Below are positions 1-11,359 of a DNA stretch of 64,000 nucleotides, in pieces (position 1 is the stretch's first letter; each line of letters starts with the position of its first letter). Origin of the DNA: Gaiellaceae bacterium (GTDB taxonomy: Bacteria; Actinomycetota; Thermoleophilia; Gaiellales; Gaiellaceae); the NCBI GenBank assembly GCA_035651895.1, contig DASREW010000032.1, positions 18,584-82,583 on the forward strand, given 5' to 3'. A program made the translations under genes and the position numbers. The notes beneath the pieces were generated by a model. The model did not search any database, was not told the DNA's origin, and was given only the letters and a program-made list of their open reading frames with translations.

Positions 1-472
1 CCTTGCGGATGAAGTCCGCGGGCGGGTCGTACGACGCGCCGGAGCGCGCGAAGCGATCCGGGAAGATCTGGTAGCCGACGGACTCCGCGTGCCACGACGG
101 CGCGTCGCCGAGCGCGAGCACGAAGTCGTCCGCGCCTCCGACGTCGTAGGGATGCGCGCCCATGCCGTTCACCCAGGCGTAGCCGGCCTCGCCGCCGGCG
201 ATCAGGAAGCGGTAGCGGGTTACGGGGTTCATCACCGGGAAGCGGACGCTCCACCACGTCTCCCCGTCCGTCTCCTCGTCGACCTTTGCGGCAATCGTCG
301 TCGGCTCGCCGTCCCAGCCCGTACGCAGCAGCACCTGCGTCGCCGCGCCGCGCCGCGTGCGCAGCCGGACGACCGCCTCGCCGCCGAGCTCGTCGGGCCG
401 CTCGAGCACGTACAGCTCCGAGCCGTCGTGGTGCGGCTCCGCAAGCAGCGTCGTCTCCTCGATCGCAGCCAC
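1..472 (-). CDS. GH13 alpha-glucosidase / maltodextrin glucosidase-like enzyme, N-terminal part only (3' end lies beyond the window start)
   Basis: My own minus-strand translation from GTG 472-470 reads VAAIEETTLLAEPHHDGSELYVLER...HAESVGYQIFPDRFARSG. YQIFPDRF is a GH13 hallmark. The start overlaps the malG stop (TAGTG). It is absent from the ORF track because no stop falls in the window. Confidence 0.7.
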   Translation of the reverse strand, partial: MAAIEETTLLAEPHHDGSELYVLERPDELGGEAVVRLRTRRGAATQVLLRTGWDGEPTTIAAKVDEETDGETWWSVRFPVMNPVTRYRFLIAGGEAGYAWVNGMGAHPYDVGGADDFVLALGDAPSWHAESVGYQIFPDRFARSGASYDPPADFIRK

Positions 473-1458
473 TAGCCCTTGACCGCGCCGCCGGTGAGGC
501 CGGAGACGATCCAGCGCTGCAGGAACATGAAGAGGATCGTCACGGGCAGCGCCGCGAGCAGCGCACCGGCCGCGAACGGGCCCCAGACCTTGTCGTACTG
601 GTTGGAGATGAGCCCTTGCATACCGACCGGCAGCGTGAAGTGCCCGGTCGTCTGCAGGATGGCCGATGCGATCACGAACTCGTTCAGCGTGAAGACGAAT
701 GAGATCAGCGCGACGACGCACAGCACCGGCGCCGCAAGGGGCAGGACGACGCCCCAGAAGATCTGCGCCGCCGTGGCCCCGTCGACTCGCGCCGACTCGT
801 CCAGCTCCGAGGGAATCGTGTCGAAGAAGCCCTTCATCAGCCACGCCTGCACGCCCATCGAGCCGCCCAGGTAGACGACGATCACCGCGGCCAGCTGGTT
901 GAGGCCGATCTCCGGGAAGATGTTGCCGACGTTGTAGATGATCAGGTAGATCGCTGCGACCGCGACGAACTGCGGGAACATCTGGATCAGCAGCAGCGTC
1001 ATCATCCCGAGCCGGCGGCCCTTGAAGCGGAACCGGCTGAACGCGTACGCGGCGAGCGCGCCGAGCATCGTCGTGAAGATCGCCGTCAGGCCGGCGACGA
1101 GCATCGAGTTGACGAACCAGTGGAGGTACGGGACGTCGAGCTTGCCGCCGCTCGTTCCGACCACCTTGTTGTGGAAGAGCGCCCCGAAGTTGTGCAACGT
1201 CGTGTGGGTCGGGATCACCTGTGCGTCCTGGATCGTGTTGTCCGCGTTGAACGCCGACGACACGATGTAGACCACCGGGAACAGCGCGATCACCGCCGCG
1301 GCGATCGCGACCACGTGCCGCCACCAGGTGTCCTTGAGCTTCAGGCGCTTGCGCGGCCTGCCCACGCGCGTGTCCGCGAGCGTCGCCGTCACACGCGGCG
1401 TCGTGATCACCGTGGGTGTGAGATCCGCCTCGCTCATATCCGCTCCGGCGCCGGCCAA
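472..1458 (-). CDS. malG: Maltose/maltodextrin ABC transporter permease, MalG-like
   Basis: 328 aa, multi-TM, with the EAA loop DESARVDGATAAQIFWGVVLPLAAP. It follows the MalF-like gene in the same operon. The start could instead be the internal ATG at 1437. Confidence 0.85.
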   Translation of the reverse strand: MAGAGADMSEADLTPTVITTPRVTATLADTRVGRPRKRLKLKDTWWRHVVAIAAAVIALFPVVYIVSSAFNADNTIQDAQVIPTHTTLHNFGALFHNKVVGTSGGKLDVPYLHWFVNSMLVAGLTAIFTTMLGALAAYAFSRFRFKGRRLGMMTLLLIQMFPQFVAVAAIYLIIYNVGNIFPEIGLNQLAAVIVVYLGGSMGVQAWLMKGFFDTIPSELDESARVDGATAAQIFWGVVLPLAAPVLCVVALISFVFTLNEFVIASAILQTTGHFTLPVGMQGLISNQYDKVWGPFAAGALLAALPVTILFMFLQRWIVSGLTGGAVKG

Positions 1459-1501
1459 GCCGGCGCCTCCGCTCCTTGTGAGCCTCCGTCGAGCCTACGG
1501 T

Positions 1502-3136
<1,635 letters not shown>

Positions 3137-3203
3137 GGTGTGCGCGAGCCGAGAACAGCGAGGGTGGGCGCCCGCGACGGGCGCCCACCCTCACGGATGT
3201 TCG

Positions 3204-4433
3204 CTAGCCGATCTTGTCCGCGATCGACTTCGCTGCGCCCTCGAACGAGCGGGCCGCCGGCATCGCGCCGGCTCCCTTCGTCGAGCGCACCCAGGCGGCG
3301 CCGAGGTCGCCCCAGACGCTTGCCATCTGCGGGATGTTCGGCATCGCGACGCCGCCCTTCGATGCCGCGCCGTACTCGGCGAGGATCGGGTCGGACGCCT
3401 TCGCGTTGATGTTCGCCGGCGCGCGGCCGCCCGCAGCAGCGAGCTGCGTCTGGGCGGACGGCGTCGAGAAGTAGTTCAGGACCAGGTCCTTCGCCGCGGC
3501 GTCCACGTTGTGGACCGTCGCGTACTTGGTGACCATCACGCCGTTGATGCCGAGGAACGGCACCGCCGGGTCGACGATCTTCGGCACCTGGACGACCTTG
3601 AAGTGGATCCCGGCCTTCTCGATCACCTGGTCGTTCCACGGCCCGGTGATCCAGTACGGCGTCTGACCCTTCGTGAACGCCGCCTGGCAGGTGTCGGAGG
3701 TGACCTCGGAGCGGATCAGCCCCTCCTTGTTCCACTTGTTGATCAGCGCAGCGTTCTTGATGAACGCCTTGTTCGCCACGCCGATGTTCGACGGGTCGAG
3801 GTTGCCCGCGCTGTTCGTGCCGAAGACGTAGCCGCCGAGGCCCGAGAAGAGCGGGTACATGTGGTACGCGTCGCCGCCGGAGCCCTGCTGGACGCAGAGG
3901 CCGAAGGCGAGGTGGTTCTTCTTCTTGAACTTCAGTGCCGTCGACTCGACCTGCGCCCACGTCGTCGGGACCGGAGCCAGCTTCGTGTTGACGAGGAGGC
4001 CGATGTTCTCGACCTGCACCGGGATGCCGTACAGCTTCTTGATCGCGGTGCCGTAGGAGAAGCCGTTGAGCGTGTAGCTCGGGAACTGCTTCTTGACCGC
4101 CGCGCTCGGATAGAGCGGCTCGACGAGGCCGTTCGCCGCCAGCTGCCCGGTCCAGTCGTTCGCTGCCAGAACGACGTCGGGAGCCTGCGCTGCGGCAACG
4201 GTGCCGAGATCCGTCTCGATCGAGCCGAAGTCCTTGGTCACGACCTGGACGGTTGCGCCGTTGGCGCTCGCCCACGCGTTCGCGACCTTGGTGACGGCGG
4301 GGGCGCGGTTCGCGTCCGTCCAGATGACGAGCGTCGGACCCGCCTTGCGGGACGCACCAGCTGCGGTCGCGAGCACGGCAGCGACTGCCGCGATCACGCC
4401 GAGGAGCGCCCACATGCGCTTCACGTTGTGCAT
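3204..4433 (-). CDS. malE: Maltose/maltodextrin-binding periplasmic (lipo)protein, MalE-like
   Basis: 409 aa with a signal peptide (MWALLGVIAAVAAVLATAAGA). MalE-like blocks include DAYHMYPLFSGLGGYVF and TPYWITGPWN. GGAAGGG SD upstream. Confidence 0.85.
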   Translation of the reverse strand: MHNVKRMWALLGVIAAVAAVLATAAGASRKAGPTLVIWTDANRAPAVTKVANAWASANGATVQVVTKDFGSIETDLGTVAAAQAPDVVLAANDWTGQLAANGLVEPLYPSAAVKKQFPSYTLNGFSYGTAIKKLYGIPVQVENIGLLVNTKLAPVPTTWAQVESTALKFKKKNHLAFGLCVQQGSGGDAYHMYPLFSGLGGYVFGTNSAGNLDPSNIGVANKAFIKNAALINKWNKEGLIRSEVTSDTCQAAFTKGQTPYWITGPWNDQVIEKAGIHFKVVQVPKIVDPAVPFLGINGVMVTKYATVHNVDAAAKDLVLNYFSTPSAQTQLAAAGGRAPANINAKASDPILAEYGAASKGGVAMPNIPQMASVWGDLGAAWVRSTKGAGAMPAARSFEGAAKSIADKIG

Positions 4434-4506
4434 CAGAACCCTTCCTGCTTGGGGAACATCACGACAGGAGCCAGCTGGGGGCAGGCACCAATGGGCGCGG
4501 CCTTGC

Positions 4507-5487
4507 TCATCGCGCCCTCACTGCTCCGGTGGAGCCACGAACGACGAGCTCCGGGTGGAACAGGTACTCATGCCGGGGCAAGTTCCGCCCGGCAAGCTGG
4601 TCGAGCAGCGCGCGCAACGCAGCGCTGCACATGGCGGGGACCGCCTGCCTGAGAGTCGTCAAGGCGGGATCGGTGAACGCCATCATCGGGGAGTCGTCGT
4701 AGCCGACGACGGAAACGTCTTTCGGCACCGCGAGCCGGCGCGAGCGGCACGCCTGGATCGCGCCGAGCGCCATCAGGTCGGAGGCGCAGACGATCGCGGT
4801 CACGCCCGCGTCGAGCAGCTTGAGCGCGGCGGCGCGGCCGCCTTCGATCGAGAACAGCGAGTGCTGGACCTTGGGCTTGCGCTCGTCGACCGCTGCCTTG
4901 AACCCTTCGACCTTGCGGACGACCGGCACGTAGTGCGCGGGGCCAGCGGCCAGGCCGATCTGCTCGTGGCCGAGCTCGCGCAGGTGCGCCACGGCGAGCC
5001 GCATCGCCTCGTGGTCGTCGTCGGAGACGAAGACCGCGTCGATCTCGTCGGTGTGGCCGTTCACGAGCACGAGCGGGATGTGGCGCTCGAGCAGCCGCTG
5101 GTAGCGGGTCAGGTCGGCGTTGACGTCGGCGTGCGCGCCCGAGACGACGATCAGCCCGGCCATCTCGCGGTCGAGGAGCATCTCCACCCACTCGTCCTCG
5201 GAGATGCCGCCCACGGTCTGGGAGCAGATGACGGGGGTGTAGCCGCTCTGGGCGAGCGAGGTCGCGAACCGGTGCCCGAACGTGGCGAAGATCGGGTTGA
5301 CGAGCTCGGGCAGGACGACCCCGATCACGCGTCCGCGGGTCGCCCGGCGGTAGCCGAGGGACCGTGCGGCGGAGATGACCGCATTCCGTGTCACGTGCGA
5401 GACGCCGTCCTTGCCGTTCAGGACGCGACTCGCGGTGGCCTGGCTCACGCCAGCGTTTTCGGCGACGTCGCCGAGGGTCACCCGCAT
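4507..5487 (-). CDS. LacI family transcriptional regulator (probable regulator of the mal operon)
   Basis: N-terminal HTH MRVTLGDVAENAGVSQATASRVLNGK followed by a periplasmic-binding-fold domain. I prefer ATG 5487 over the track start 5526 because LacI proteins begin right at the HTH. Confidence 0.85.
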   Translation of the reverse strand: MRVTLGDVAENAGVSQATASRVLNGKDGVSHVTRNAVISAARSLGYRRATRGRVIGVVLPELVNPIFATFGHRFATSLAQSGYTPVICSQTVGGISEDEWVEMLLDREMAGLIVVSGAHADVNADLTRYQRLLERHIPLVLVNGHTDEIDAVFVSDDDHEAMRLAVAHLRELGHEQIGLAAGPAHYVPVVRKVEGFKAAVDERKPKVQHSLFSIEGGRAAALKLLDAGVTAIVCASDLMALGAIQACRSRRLAVPKDVSVVGYDDSPMMAFTDPALTTLRQAVPAMCSAALRALLDQLAGRNLPRHEYLFHPELVVRGSTGAVRAR

Positions 5488-5610
5488 CGCGCGCGGGAAG
5501 CTACACCTACGGCAAAGTTGTTGCAAGTTTTCGGCAATCTCGTGAAAGACGCCTGAGTAGACGGTATTCAGCTATGCAGGCCGGGTCGTCCCTGCGCTAC
5601 GCTCGAAGCT

Positions 5611-6876
5611 GTGGCTGCCACGCGCACGATCGACCTGAAGACCGCCGTTCCCGGGCCCCGCTCGCGCGAGGTGCTGGACCGGCTGGCGGCAAGCGTCGCA
5701 TCCCCGCTCGCGCTCACGTTCCCGGTCGTCGCGGCCGAAGCGCGCGGGGTCTCGATCACCGATCTTGACGGCAACACCTTCATCGACTTCGCGGGCGGCG
5801 TCGGCTGCCTGAACGTCGGTCATGCGCATCCCCATGTGGTGCAAGCCGCGCAGGAGCAGCTCGAGCGGTTCTCGCACACCGACTACACCATCGTCCCCTA
5901 CGAGGTCTACGCGACGCTCTCCGAGCGCCTGCTGGCGCTCGCGCCGTTCAGCGGGCCGGCGAAGGCGGCGTTCTTCAACTCCGGCGCCGAGGCGGTCGAG
6001 AACGCGGTCAAGTTCGCGCGGGCGTTCACGGGGCGCCGCGCGCTGATCGCGTTCGAAGGCGCCTTCCACGGCCGGACGGCGCTCGCGGTCGCCCTCACCT
6101 CGAAGTCGCACCCCTACAAGGCCGGGCTCGGGCCGTTCGCCCCCGAGGTGTACCGCGTGCCGTTCAACGACGCGGAGGCCCTGCGGCGTGCGTTCAAGGT
6201 GCAGGTTGCCCCGGAGGACGTCGCCGCGGTCGTCTTCGAGCCGGTTCAGGGCGAGGGCGGGTTCGTGCCGGCGACCCAGGATTTCGTCCAGGAGCTGCGT
6301 GCGATCTGTGACGAGCACGGGATCGTCCTCGTCTGCGACGAGGTGCAGACCGGCTACGCCCGGACCGGGCGGTTCTTCGCGATCGAGCACTTCGGCGTCG
6401 AGCCGGACCTGATCACCGTCGCGAAGTCGATCGCCATGGGCCTGCCGCTCTCCGGGGTGCTCGGCAAGGCCGAGATCATGGACGCGCCGGCGACCGGCGG
6501 CGTCGGCGGCACCTATGTCGGCAACCCGGTCGCCCAGGCCGCGGCGCTCGCCGTCCTCGACGTGGTCGAGGAGGAGGGCCTCGTCGAGCGGGCGGCGGCG
6601 ATCGGCAGGACGATGCGCGCGCGGATGGAGGCCTGGCAGGAGCGCTGGCCGGCGGTCCGCGAGGTCCGCGGCCTCGGCGCCATGCTGGCGATCCAGCTCC
6701 CGTCGGCGGAGCGCGCCTCCGACGTGGTCGCCGAGGCGCTGCAGCGGGGCCTGCTGCTGCTGAAGGCGGGCGTCGACGGCGACGCGATCCGCGTCCTCGT
6801 TCCGCTCGTGATCTCCGACGGGGAGCTCGACGAGGCGCTCACCGTCTGGGAAGAAGCGCTGCAAGCTGCGCTTTAG
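5611..6876 (+). CDS. gabT: 4-aminobutyrate aminotransferase (class III PLP aminotransferase)
   Basis: 421 aa with the motifs FNSGAEAVENAVKFAR, VFEPVQGEGGF, DEVQTGYARTG and TVAKSIAMGLP (PLP lysine). Confidence 0.85.
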   Translation: MAATRTIDLKTAVPGPRSREVLDRLAASVASPLALTFPVVAAEARGVSITDLDGNTFIDFAGGVGCLNVGHAHPHVVQAAQEQLERFSHTDYTIVPYEVYATLSERLLALAPFSGPAKAAFFNSGAEAVENAVKFARAFTGRRALIAFEGAFHGRTALAVALTSKSHPYKAGLGPFAPEVYRVPFNDAEALRRAFKVQVAPEDVAAVVFEPVQGEGGFVPATQDFVQELRAICDEHGIVLVCDEVQTGYARTGRFFAIEHFGVEPDLITVAKSIAMGLPLSGVLGKAEIMDAPATGGVGGTYVGNPVAQAAALAVLDVVEEEGLVERAAAIGRTMRARMEAWQERWPAVREVRGLGAMLAIQLPSAERASDVVAEALQRGLLLLKAGVDGDAIRVLVPLVISDGELDEALTVWEEALQAAL

Positions 6877-6905
6877 TCCCAGACGACGGGGGTAGGCTCC
6901 CCGCG

Positions 6906-8372
6906 ATGGTTGGTGAGGTTCTGGCCGACCGGTACGAGCTCGAGGAGCTCGTCGGCACCGGCGGCATGTCCAGCGTCTTTCGCGCGCACGATCGCCTGCT
7001 CGACCGCAAGGTCGCGCTGAAGATCCTGCACCAGCAGTACTCGGACGACGACGAGTACGTCGAGCGCTTCCGGCGGGAGGCCCGCGCGGTCGCGGCGCTC
7101 TCGCACCCGAACATCGTCACGGTGATCGATCGCGGCGAGCACGAGGACCGGCAGTTCATCGTCTTCGAGTACGTCGACGGCGAGAACCTGAAGCGGCTGA
7201 TCGAGCGGCGCGGCCCGGCGCCGGTCGCGACGGCGCTCGAGCTGGCGATCCAGATCGCGCGCGGCCTCTCGTTCGCGCACCAGCAGGGGCTCGTGCACCG
7301 CGACGTGAAGCCGCAGAACGTCCTCCTGAACGGCGAGCTGCGCGCGAAGGTCACCGACTTCGGGATCGCGCGCTCGCTCGACGTCCAGCACGGGATGACG
7401 CAGACCGGGACCGTGCTCGGCACGTCGGATTACATCGCGCCGGAGCAGGCCCAGGGCCAGCGCGTCGACGAGCACACCGACGTGTACTCGCTCGGCGTCG
7501 TGCTCTACGAGCTGCTGACGACCGAGGTGCCGTTCCCGGGCGAGAACTTCGTCGCCGTCGCGATGCGCCACATCAACGAGCCGCCGCCGCCCGTCCGCGA
7601 CAAGCGTCCCGACGTGTCGCCGCGCCTCGAGGCGGCGATCCAGCGCGCGATGGCGAAGCGGCCGGAAGACCGGTTCCCGACGATGGCCGCCTTCTGCGAG
7701 GAGCTCGGCGCGTGCCTCGCCGAGGCGCAGAACGCGGGCACGCAGGTCGTCCGGCCCGCGCGCGGCGCACCGGCGCCGCCCCGCCGCCGGGCGGCGCGGC
7801 GCGGCCCGTCGCCGTGGCCGGTGCTGGTCGCGATCGTGGCGCTGATCGCGATCGGCGGCGTCGTGGCGTACCTGATCCTCGACGGCTTTCCGACCACGAA
7901 GCACGGCAACGGCGGCGGCGGCAAGAACCCTCCGTTGCCCACGGGGGGCGCGATCACGCTCAAGGCGGTCGGGGTGTACGACCCACCGCCGGGCGACGGC
8001 CATGAGAACAACAACCAGATCCCGAACGCCACCGACGGCATCGCGTCCACCGCGTGGTCGACCGAGGACTATCACGACCCCCCGAGCCTGAACAAGCCGG
8101 GCGTCGGCCTCGTGCTCGAGGCCAGCCGCTCCGTCACGTTGCACCAGCTCGGGTTCTCGACCGACACGCCCGGGTTCGTCGCCGAGATCCTCGCCGGCAA
8201 CGCTCCCACCGGGCCGTTCATGAACCACATCGTCGGCGCGTCGCAGACGACGTCGAGCCGCACGCGGTACACGATCACCGGCGGGCCGTACCGCTACTAC
8301 GTCATCTGGATCACGCGGCTCGGCGGCGGCGGCATCGAGCACGCCGACGTGAACGAGGTCGCGGCGAACTAG
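6906..8372 (+). CDS. Ser/Thr protein kinase with one TM helix and a C-terminal extracellular beta-sandwich (discoidin-like) domain
   Basis: Full catalytic set: GTGGMSSV, VALK, HRDVKPQN, DFG, APE. TM helix WPVLVAIVALIAIGGVVAYLIL. The ectodomain assignment is an inference. Confidence 0.9.
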   Translation: MVGEVLADRYELEELVGTGGMSSVFRAHDRLLDRKVALKILHQQYSDDDEYVERFRREARAVAALSHPNIVTVIDRGEHEDRQFIVFEYVDGENLKRLIERRGPAPVATALELAIQIARGLSFAHQQGLVHRDVKPQNVLLNGELRAKVTDFGIARSLDVQHGMTQTGTVLGTSDYIAPEQAQGQRVDEHTDVYSLGVVLYELLTTEVPFPGENFVAVAMRHINEPPPPVRDKRPDVSPRLEAAIQRAMAKRPEDRFPTMAAFCEELGACLAEAQNAGTQVVRPARGAPAPPRRRAARRGPSPWPVLVAIVALIAIGGVVAYLILDGFPTTKHGNGGGGKNPPLPTGGAITLKAVGVYDPPPGDGHENNNQIPNATDGIASTAWSTEDYHDPPSLNKPGVGLVLEASRSVTLHQLGFSTDTPGFVAEILAGNAPTGPFMNHIVGASQTTSSRTRYTITGGPYRYYVIWITRLGGGGIEHADVNEVAAN

Positions 8373-9388
8373 AACTTCAGCGCGCGGCGGCGCTCGAAGC
8401 GCTCGACGGCGAGGTCGGCGAGGCGCTGCAGCAGCTCGCCGTACGGGATGCCCGACGCCTCGAACAGGCGTGAGTAGACGCTCGTCGCGGTGAAGCCGGG
8501 GATTGTGTTCAGCTCGTTGACGAGCACCTCCCCGTCCTCGCGCACGAACATGTCGGCGCGCGCCATTCCTTCGCAGTCGCACGCGACGAAGGCCTGGACG
8601 GCGAGCTGCTGCGCCCGCTCGATCTGCTCGTCGTCGATGCGCGCCGGCACGACGAGGTCCATCTCGCCCTCGTCGTACTTCGCCTCGAAGTCGTACCACT
8701 CGTTGTGCGTGACGACGATCTCACCGGGCAGCGACGCGAACGGCGTCAGGTTCCCGAGCACGCCGACCTCCACCTCGAGGCCCTGGACGAACCTCTCGAC
8801 GAGCACCTTCTCGTCGTGCTCGAAGGCGAGCGCGACACCGGCCCGGAGCTCGTCGTCGTCGTGGGCCTTGGTGATGCCGACGCTGGAGCCGAGCCGCGCC
8901 GGCTTGACGAAGCACGGATACCCGAACGGGTTGCGTGGCTCGTCGCCGAGCCGGAGCGTGATGTTCTCGGTGACCGGGATGCCGTGGTCGCGGAGGACCG
9001 CCTTGAAGACGTCCTTGTCCATGCACAGCGCCGACGCGAGCACGCCTGCGCCCACGTACGGGACGCCCGCGAGCTCGAGCAGGCCCTGCACCGTCCCGTC
9101 CTCGCCGAATGGCCCGTGCAGCACCGGGAACACCACGTCGACGTCGGCCAGCGTGGTCGCGACCTCCCTGGGCGGGAGGCGCATGAGCTCGGAACCCTCG
9201 GAACCTGGTTCGCTCTGCGAACCAGGTTCCAGCCTTGCGATATCCCACCGGCCGCTCTGATCGATGGCGATCGGCACCACGTCTGCTCCCTCCGCCTCGA
9301 GCGCGTCGATGACGCTGCGTGCCGATGCGACCGAGATCGGGTTCTCGCTCGAACGGCCGCCGAGGATGACGGCGATGCGGCGCCTCAC
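8369..9388 (-). CDS. ddl: D-alanine--D-alanine ligase
   Basis: 339 aa ATP-grasp protein with GEDGTVQGLLELAGVPYVGAGVLASALCMDKDVFK. The GTG start overlaps the pknB stop (GTGA). Confidence 0.92.
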   Translation of the reverse strand: MRRRIAVILGGRSSENPISVASARSVIDALEAEGADVVPIAIDQSGRWDIARLEPGSQSEPGSEGSELMRLPPREVATTLADVDVVFPVLHGPFGEDGTVQGLLELAGVPYVGAGVLASALCMDKDVFKAVLRDHGIPVTENITLRLGDEPRNPFGYPCFVKPARLGSSVGITKAHDDDELRAGVALAFEHDEKVLVERFVQGLEVEVGVLGNLTPFASLPGEIVVTHNEWYDFEAKYDEGEMDLVVPARIDDEQIERAQQLAVQAFVACDCEGMARADMFVREDGEVLVNELNTIPGFTATSVYSRLFEASGIPYGELLQRLADLAVERFERRRALKF

Positions 9389-11349
9389 GGAGTCGTGGTG
9401 GTCGTCGCCGTCGTCGTCGTACCGCTCGGCGGGCCGCCGCCCTGCTGTAACTGGCCGACCTGGATCGTCACCGTCTCGCCCTGCTTCGCCGGCGAGCCGG
9501 GCGGCGGGGTCTCGGTCTGGACGATGCCGTCCTGGCTCGGATCGGTGACGGGCACGGGGACGACGTTCGGCGTGAGCTGGTCGGCGGTCAGCGTCTGCTC
9601 GGCGTCGGACTGGTTCTCACCGGTGACGTCCGGGATCTGCGACGGCGCCGGCCCCTTGGAGACCGACAGCGTGATCGTCGTGCCGCGCGGCTCGGGCGTG
9701 CCGGGGGCCGGGTTCTCGTCCACGACCTGGTCCTGCGGCTGGTCCGAGGTGACGTCCTGCCGGCTGACGACGAAGCCCTGGCCCTGGAGCGCCGACTTGG
9801 CGTTCGCGAACGGTGCGCCGCGCTCGTCCGGCACCGGGATCGGCTTCGCGCCCTTCGACACGTTGATGTGCACGACCGAGCCCTGGTCGATCTTGTCGCC
9901 GGCGTGGGGCTGCTCGGCGGTGACGGTGTCGGCCGGCTCGCCCGAGAAGATCCGGTTCACCTTGGTCTGGAATCCCGCGCCGGCGAGCTGCTCGATCGCC
10001 GAGGTGATGTCGAGCCCGACGACCGCCGGTACCACCACCTGCGGCTTGCCGGTCGACACGGTGAGCGTGATCACCGACCCCTTCGGGTACTTTGTCCCGC
10101 CGGGTGGCGACTCGCTCGCCACGAACCCCTTGGCGACCGTTGCGTTTGCCGCGTAGGTGAACTTCGGGATGAAACCCGCCGCGCGCAGCTGGCGCGCCGC
10201 GAGCGACTTCTGCACCAGCGTCTCGTCGGGAATCCCGACCGGCTTGTTGTTGTTCAGCTGGTCCTGCACCTTCTCGTAGAGGAACCAGCCGCCCGCAGCG
10301 CCGGCGAGGATCAGCCCGAGTGCGAGCAGCCACGGCCAGACCGACCGTCCGCGCGGCGGCTCCTCGTAGTCGTAGTACGGCGTCGGGGCGCGATAGACCG
10401 GCGGTGCAGGCGGCGCGACGATCGCGGAGCGGGGCCGCTGCACCATCGTCTGCGCGCTCGTGATGCCCGCGCCGGAGAGCACCTGCGTCATCGCGTCTTC
10501 GGTCTCGCGCGACACCGCGACACCGCGCGCGACGCGCGCGAGGTCGGCGTCCATCTCCTCGGCCGATGCGTAGCGCTGCTCCGGGTCCTTCGCGAGGGCG
10601 CGCATGACGATCGCGTCGAGATCGTGAGGGACGTCGGGACGAAGCTCCGACGGCGGCGCCGGCACCTGCGAGAGATGCTTCATCGCGATCTCGACCGGCG
10701 TGTCGCCCGTGTACGGGACCTTGCCCGTCAGCATCTCGTAGAGGACGATCCCGAGCGAGTAGAGGTCGGAGCGCGGATCGACGGGCGCGCCGCGTGCCTG
10801 CTCCGGCGAGAGGTATTGCGCCGTGCCGACGATCGAGCCCGCCTCGGTCATCTGCGACGCGCCCGACCGCGCAATGCCGAAGTCCGTCACCTTGAGGCGT
10901 CCGTCGCCGCCGACGACGATGTTGTGCGGCTTGATGTCGCGGTGGACGATGCCGTTGCGATGCGCGAACGCGAGCGCCGCGAGGATCTGGCGCGCATAGT
11001 CGATCGCGATCGGGATCGGCGTCGGCCCGTTCCGGACGAGCAGCTCCTTGAGCGTGCGACCGTCCAGGTACTCCATCGCGATGTAGTAGGTGCCTTCGGC
11101 GTAGCCGCGGTCGAAGATCGAGACGATGCTCGGGTGGTTCAGGCCGGCGGCGCTCTGCGCCTCGCGGCGAAAGCGCTCGACGAACTGCTCGTCGGACGCG
11201 TGCCGGTCGTCGAGCAGCTTCAGTGCGACGCGGCGGCCGAGCTCCTGGTCCTCGGCGAGGTAGACGTCGGCCATCCCGCCCGAGCCGAGCTTGCGCTTGA
11301 TCACGTAGCGCCGGTCGAAGGTGCGGCCGATGATGGTGTCGACGCTCAT
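9385..11349 (-). CDS. pknB: Ser/Thr protein kinase PknB with four PASTA domains
   Basis: 654 aa. Kinase motifs (GSGGMADV, VALK, HRDIKPHN, DFG, SPE), one TM helix, then four ~65-aa PASTA-like repeats and a Thr-rich tail. Confidence 0.92.
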   Translation of the reverse strand: MSVDTIIGRTFDRRYVIKRKLGSGGMADVYLAEDQELGRRVALKLLDDRHASDEQFVERFRREAQSAAGLNHPSIVSIFDRGYAEGTYYIAMEYLDGRTLKELLVRNGPTPIPIAIDYARQILAALAFAHRNGIVHRDIKPHNIVVGGDGRLKVTDFGIARSGASQMTEAGSIVGTAQYLSPEQARGAPVDPRSDLYSLGIVLYEMLTGKVPYTGDTPVEIAMKHLSQVPAPPSELRPDVPHDLDAIVMRALAKDPEQRYASAEEMDADLARVARGVAVSRETEDAMTQVLSGAGITSAQTMVQRPRSAIVAPPAPPVYRAPTPYYDYEEPPRGRSVWPWLLALGLILAGAAGGWFLYEKVQDQLNNNKPVGIPDETLVQKSLAARQLRAAGFIPKFTYAANATVAKGFVASESPPGGTKYPKGSVITLTVSTGKPQVVVPAVVGLDITSAIEQLAGAGFQTKVNRIFSGEPADTVTAEQPHAGDKIDQGSVVHINVSKGAKPIPVPDERGAPFANAKSALQGQGFVVSRQDVTSDQPQDQVVDENPAPGTPEPRGTTITLSVSKGPAPSQIPDVTGENQSDAEQTLTADQLTPNVVPVPVTDPSQDGIVQTETPPPGSPAKQGETVTIQVGQLQQGGGPPSGTTTTATTTTTP

Positions 11350-11359
11350 ACGGGGCCGA

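Noticed and set aside
6886-6905. GGGGTAGGCTCCCC just upstream of the kinase start, as a possible fifth copy of the GTAG element.
   Set aside because: It shares only GTAGGCTC (8 nt) and lacks the GACGGAGC arm and the second hairpin, so it is probably chance.
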